Shown: one piece after another, positions 60,255-64,000 of the stretch | Layout of the letters: every line of letters begins with the position of its first letter | Numbering within the stretch: position 1 is the stretch's first letter | Origin: Thermodesulfobacteriota bacterium | GTDB taxonomy: Bacteria > Desulfobacterota > BSN033 > WVXP01 > G020346125 | NCBI GenBank assembly: GCA_041862515.1 | Contig: JBGVTJ010000317.1 | Location: 1,890-65,889 of the forward strand | DNA: 64,000 nt | Reading direction: 5' to 3' | Made by a program: the position numbers and the translations under genes | The notes under the pieces: generated by a model | Seen by the model: the letters and a program-made list of their open reading frames with translations, nothing else | What the model was told of the DNA's origin: nothing | The model's database searches: none

Positions 60255-62468
60255 TTATCTCTTATGGATTAGGACTTCCCTCGGCTTTACCCCATCCGAT
60301 GGTCCTACGATCTCTTCTTCCTCCATCTTCTCGACAATCCGGGCAGCGCGATTATAACCGATCCGGAACCTTCTCTGGATGAGGGAGATGGATGCCTGGC
60401 CTGTCTCCGCGACAAAGGCCACGGCTTCATCATATTTGTCATCATATTCCTCCTCTTCTTTATCGGCTCTCTTGGCCCTTTTCTCCTCCAAGATTGATTC
60501 GTCGTAGATGGGCTTACCCTGATTTCTCAAGAAGTCCACCATCCTCTTGATCTCACCTGGGGAGACCAAGGCCCCATGAACCCGCTGCAACTTCGAACTG
60601 CCGGGGGGCAAGAAAAGCATATCCCCCATCCCTAGGAGGTGTTCTGCGCCAATAGTATCCAAGATGGTTCGGGAATCGACCTTTGATGAAACCTGGAAGG
60701 AGATTCGGGCGGGAAAGTTGGCCTTGATGATTCCCGTCAAAACATCGACCGAAGGCCTCTGGGTGGCCAGAATGAGATGGATTCCCACTGCCCGGGCCAT
60801 CTGGGCCAATCGTGTGATGGATTCCTCTACCTCCCTCGATGAAATGATCATCAGGTCGGCCAGTTCGTCGATAACCACAAGAATATAAGGGAGTTTCTCC
60901 TCTCCCACTGCTTCCGGCGTATCCCCCTGGGCATCAGACGTTTCCTCCCTCATCTCCCTTTCGATCTTTCGATTGTACTGTTCAATATTCCTTGTACTCA
61001 TGTTGGCAAGAAGGGAGTATCTCCGTTCCATCTCTTCGACCAGCCACATGAGACCCATTGCGGCCTTTTTAGGGTTTGTAACCACAGGGAGCAGGAGGTG
61101 GGGGATATCCTCGTAAGCCGACAGTTCCAGCATCTTGGGATCGATCAACAGAAACTTTACGTCATCCGGGGTAGCTCTGAGGAGAACGCTACAAATCATG
61201 GAATTGATAGATACACTCTTACCCGAACCCGTTGATCCGGCAACCAGGAGGTGAGGCATCTTGGCCAAATCAATGACGAACGGGTCCCCCGAAATATCCT
61301 TTCCCAATGCCAGGGTTAGTTTGGATTCAGATGTTTTAAAGGCTTCCGAATCGACTATCTCCTTTAGGTGAACTGTCTCCCTGAGGGCATTGGGAATCTC
61401 TATTCCCACCACTGACTTCCCCGGTATGGGGGCCACGATGCGAATACTCACTGCGCTCAAGGCCAAGGCCAGATCATCCGCAAGGTTGACGATCTTGCTC
61501 ACCTTCACCCCGGGGGCTGGTTCGAACTCATAAACCGTTATGACCGGGCCTGGCCTCACTTGCATCACCTTTCCTTCTACACCATAATCCATCAATTTCT
61601 TTTCGAGGATTCGGGAGTTCATCACCAGGCTCTGTTTATCGATGCTCACGCCCTTCAACTCCCCTGAATCCAAGAGGGACAGGGGTGGAAGGTGAAACCT
61701 TTCCGTGGGTTTTACGAAGCTGAACTCCTCCTGTTCAAATCTCGCCTTCCTCTCGGCTCTCGTGGGAGGCTCTACTACAACGGGTCCCGAGGGATCACGA
61801 ACTCCTCTTCTTTGTCTCCGCTCCGCGGAAACCTCCCTCATCCTGCGAACCCGTTCCCTGCGAATCATCATCAAGAGATTCCACCTTCGAACTCCTGCTT
61901 TGAGGACCCCAACCAAGCCGTCGATCAAGGAGACGAAGGAAAGTCCGGTACTGAGGGATATGGCCATAATAAAGACCACGAGGACGATTATAGCGGCGCC
62001 TGGGAAGTTGAAGTACCTTACCAAAAGGCGAGAGGAAAGATCTCCCAAAACACCTCCCGCAAGGACCTCATGGCCAAAAATCCGAATCTTATGAAATTCC
62101 AAGCCCAATCCCGTAGCACTGGAGAGGATGACGAGCAGAAAACCCACTCCCTTTCCATAACTCATTCCCGTTGACATGGGCAACACGAGGAAGCAGGCAA
62201 GTATTCCTATGGCAAGGGGTATCAAATAAGAGACTAAGCCCAGGCCTTGGAGGAGAAAATCACTCAGATAGGATCCCACGATGCCGCCGAGATTATGAAT
62301 CACCTTAACCCTTGTTGCATGAGTGACGTTAAAGGATGGATCGGAAGGGTTATAGGATATAAGGCTGAGTACCGTAAAGATGGCTATTGCAAACAGCATA
62401 ATCCCCAGAATCTCCCTTTTTAGGGTTCTCCCGGAGGTCCAAGAGAGTCTTCCCATGCTATCCCCCAT
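60255..62468 (-). CDS. ftsK: DNA translocase FtsK
   Basis: 737 aa; N-terminal 4 TM, linker, AAA+ motor (GSTGSGKS) and C-terminal gamma winged-helix domain. Confidence 0.93.
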   Translation of the reverse strand: MGDSMGRLSWTSGRTLKREILGIMLFAIAIFTVLSLISYNPSDPSFNVTHATRVKVIHNLGGIVGSYLSDFLLQGLGLVSYLIPLAIGILACFLVLPMSTGMSYGKGVGFLLVILSSATGLGLEFHKIRIFGHEVLAGGVLGDLSSRLLVRYFNFPGAAIIVLVVFIMAISLSTGLSFVSLIDGLVGVLKAGVRRWNLLMMIRRERVRRMREVSAERRQRRGVRDPSGPVVVEPPTRAERKARFEQEEFSFVKPTERFHLPPLSLLDSGELKGVSIDKQSLVMNSRILEKKLMDYGVEGKVMQVRPGPVITVYEFEPAPGVKVSKIVNLADDLALALSAVSIRIVAPIPGKSVVGIEIPNALRETVHLKEIVDSEAFKTSESKLTLALGKDISGDPFVIDLAKMPHLLVAGSTGSGKSVSINSMICSVLLRATPDDVKFLLIDPKMLELSAYEDIPHLLLPVVTNPKKAAMGLMWLVEEMERRYSLLANMSTRNIEQYNRKIEREMREETSDAQGDTPEAVGEEKLPYILVVIDELADLMIISSREVEESITRLAQMARAVGIHLILATQRPSVDVLTGIIKANFPARISFQVSSKVDSRTILDTIGAEHLLGMGDMLFLPPGSSKLQRVHGALVSPGEIKRMVDFLRNQGKPIYDESILEEKRAKRADKEEEEYDDKYDEAVAFVAETGQASISLIQRRFRIGYNRAARIVEKMEEEEIVGPSDGVKPREVLIHKR

Positions 62469-63168
62469 CCGCTGCTAAATTCTTCTCTAAGGTCTCCTTG
62501 ACCTTTTCCATCAGGACATCCCTCTCCCTCAATGAAAGGGATGTCGTTTGGATAGCGCTGTCAATGCTGACTCGAATCCCGCCCGGCTGCACCCTCATGG
62601 AGTCCCTTGGCATAACGTCCCAGCTCCCATTGATAGTAATGGGGATGATGGGAACTCCTGATTTAATGGCCAAAGTAAACCCACCCCTCTTAAAGGGTTG
62701 GAGAGATCCATTACGGCTTCGGGTTCCTTCCGGGAAAACGACCACGGAGACCCCTCCTCTGATTTTGTTCGCTGCCCGCTCGATGCTCTCCAAGGCCTTT
62801 CTCTTCCCGGATCGGTCGATGCTGATGTAATTGGCAGCCCTCATCGCCCATCCGAAGATAGGGATCGCAAAAAGCTCCTTTTTCGCAATCCATCTGAACT
62901 GGACGGGCAGACAGCTCAGGAGTGCGAAAATATCATAACTGCCCTGATGGTTGGACATATAGATATGGGGCGATTTCTTGTCGAGATGTTCCAATCCCTT
63001 CACCTTGACCCTAACCCCACTGACCAGTAATTGTATCCTCGCCCACCATCTGGCATAGTGGTGGACGATGTTGCCATTGCGATCAAAGGGAAAAGTAATA
63101 AAGGCCAATGTGCCCAGGCCTACGGTGGTAACGACGATGCTGGTCCAGACCAAAACCGACCGGATCAT
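62458..63168 (-). CDS. plsC: 1-acyl-sn-glycerol-3-phosphate acyltransferase
   Basis: 236 aa; HxxxxD (NHQGSYD) and FPEGTRS motifs. Confidence 0.9.
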   Translation of the reverse strand: MIRSVLVWTSIVVTTVGLGTLAFITFPFDRNGNIVHHYARWWARIQLLVSGVRVKVKGLEHLDKKSPHIYMSNHQGSYDIFALLSCLPVQFRWIAKKELFAIPIFGWAMRAANYISIDRSGKRKALESIERAANKIRGGVSVVVFPEGTRSRNGSLQPFKRGGFTLAIKSGVPIIPITINGSWDVMPRDSMRVQPGGIRVSIDSAIQTTSLSLRERDVLMEKVKETLEKNLAADGG

Positions 63169-63936
63169 TTAGGCCTCTATTCTTTCAATAATTTCCGCGA
63201 CCTCCCCCTTTATTCGATCATCGATATCATACACCGAAACCCCCTGCCTGTCCGCTTGAAGGATCTTGGGATTGAAGCTGAGGTATCCAATGATCTCAAA
63301 ATCGGAGAGGTGCTCCTCGATGATCTTCCGATCCTCTTCCGTCGTGACTTTGTTCCCCACTATCGGGACCCTCTTCATCCCCAAATCAGTAGCCAATTTT
63401 CTGATCTGTTTCGTGGTGCCGATGGAGCGAAGCCCAGGCTCAACAACTACAACGAGGGCATCCACGTATTCAGTGCTTCCCCGGCCTAAATGCTCCAATC
63501 CCGCTTCCATATCCACGATGACAACTTCATCTCTCCCGACGAAAAGATGTCGCATCAAGCTCTTTAAGAGCACGTTTTCCGGGCAGAAGCATCCCCCGCC
63601 ACCTTGGGGGATACATCCCAACAGAAGCAGTTTGACCCCTCGAAAGGATACACCGAATTCATCGGGGATATCATCCACCCTTGGATTGAGTTTGAACATC
63701 GCCCCAATAGTTCCCTTCTTCGTCCCCGTCCTCTCCTCGACCAGTGCGGTCATAGCGGCAAGGGGAGACAGCTTTTTTACCATCTCCTCGGGAAATCCTA
63801 GGGCAGAAGCCAAATTTGCATCCGGATCGGCATCGATGGCCAAGACCTTTTTACCCCTCTGGGCAAAAATACGGGCCATTACCCCTGCAAGGGTCGTCTT
63901 TCCAACGCCTCCCTTGCCCGAAATAGCGATTTTCAA
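63169..63936 (-). CDS. CooC/MinD-superfamily P-loop ATPase (Ni-insertion accessory-like)
   Basis: 255 aa; deviant Walker A ISGKGGVGKTT; CooC-like sequence. Confidence 0.8.
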   Translation of the reverse strand: MKIAISGKGGVGKTTLAGVMARIFAQRGKKVLAIDADPDANLASALGFPEEMVKKLSPLAAMTALVEERTGTKKGTIGAMFKLNPRVDDIPDEFGVSFRGVKLLLLGCIPQGGGGCFCPENVLLKSLMRHLFVGRDEVVIVDMEAGLEHLGRGSTEYVDALVVVVEPGLRSIGTTKQIRKLATDLGMKRVPIVGNKVTTEEDRKIIEEHLSDFEIIGYLSFNPKILQADRQGVSVYDIDDRIKGEVAEIIERIEA

Positions 63937-64000
63937 GAAAAGGTCCCCTTTACGAAAATGGCCACAATGAAGAATAATTACAAATATTGTACATTTCCCA

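Noticed and set aside
1-64000. CRISPR arrays, rRNA/tRNA genes, prophage or integrase/transposase genes
   Set aside because: No regularly spaced direct repeats, no rRNA-like or cloverleaf-capable sequences and no recognisable integrase/transposase ORFs were found on reading the window. The only mobile-element signature is the MITE at 24469..24831.

Overview
Window from a ~50% GC anaerobic bacterium, gene content suggesting a Deltaproteobacteria/Nitrospirota-like metal- or sulfur-respiring organism (lineage not determined). Region 1-13 kb is a canonical, intact S10-spc-alpha ribosomal-protein operon (rplD 3' end, rplW through rplQ, including secY, adk, infA, rpmJ, rpoA), followed by a degenerate ECF-type ABC ATPase. 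Region 56-64 kb is housekeeping (ppdK, glyQS, recO, mgtE, lolA, ftsK, plsC, cooC-like). The accessory centre (14-50 kb) holds several things that look new: (1) a partner-switching module (sensor HAMP-PP2C phosphatase, STAS antagonist, RsbW-type kinase) in which the kinase is fused to an XRE helix-turn-helix, plus a second STAS paralogue coupled to a cold-shock gene; (2) a respiratory island with two CbcL-like genes (multiheme c + HydC/FdnI-type cytochrome b), a 17-18-haem NapC/NirT-anchored cytochrome, two paralogous secreted DUF1684-like proteins, DsbD, a radical-SAM/SPASM enzyme with an N-terminal extension, and a shared C-terminal 'GPWxLT..PYSS..F.L.RAK' tail motif; (3) an 887-aa protein fusing a cNMP-binding domain, a sigma-54-activator-type AAA+ domain (GAFTGA->GAFTTA, Walker B DE->KN, no DNA-binding domain) and a NapH-type polyferredoxin membrane domain; (4) a candidate novel selenoprotein (in-frame TGA in a Cys-Gly-Sec context with a SECIS-like hairpin 12 nt downstream) combining a degenerate metallophosphatase fold with a tetrahaem cytochrome c; (5) a ~360-bp MITE-like element with 19-21-bp terminal inverted repeats and an ~8-10-bp target-site duplication splitting a CBS-domain gene; (6) a frameshifted TauE/SafE permease and a strong palindromic operator. 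All calls are from reading the sequence and translations; no database searches were run.
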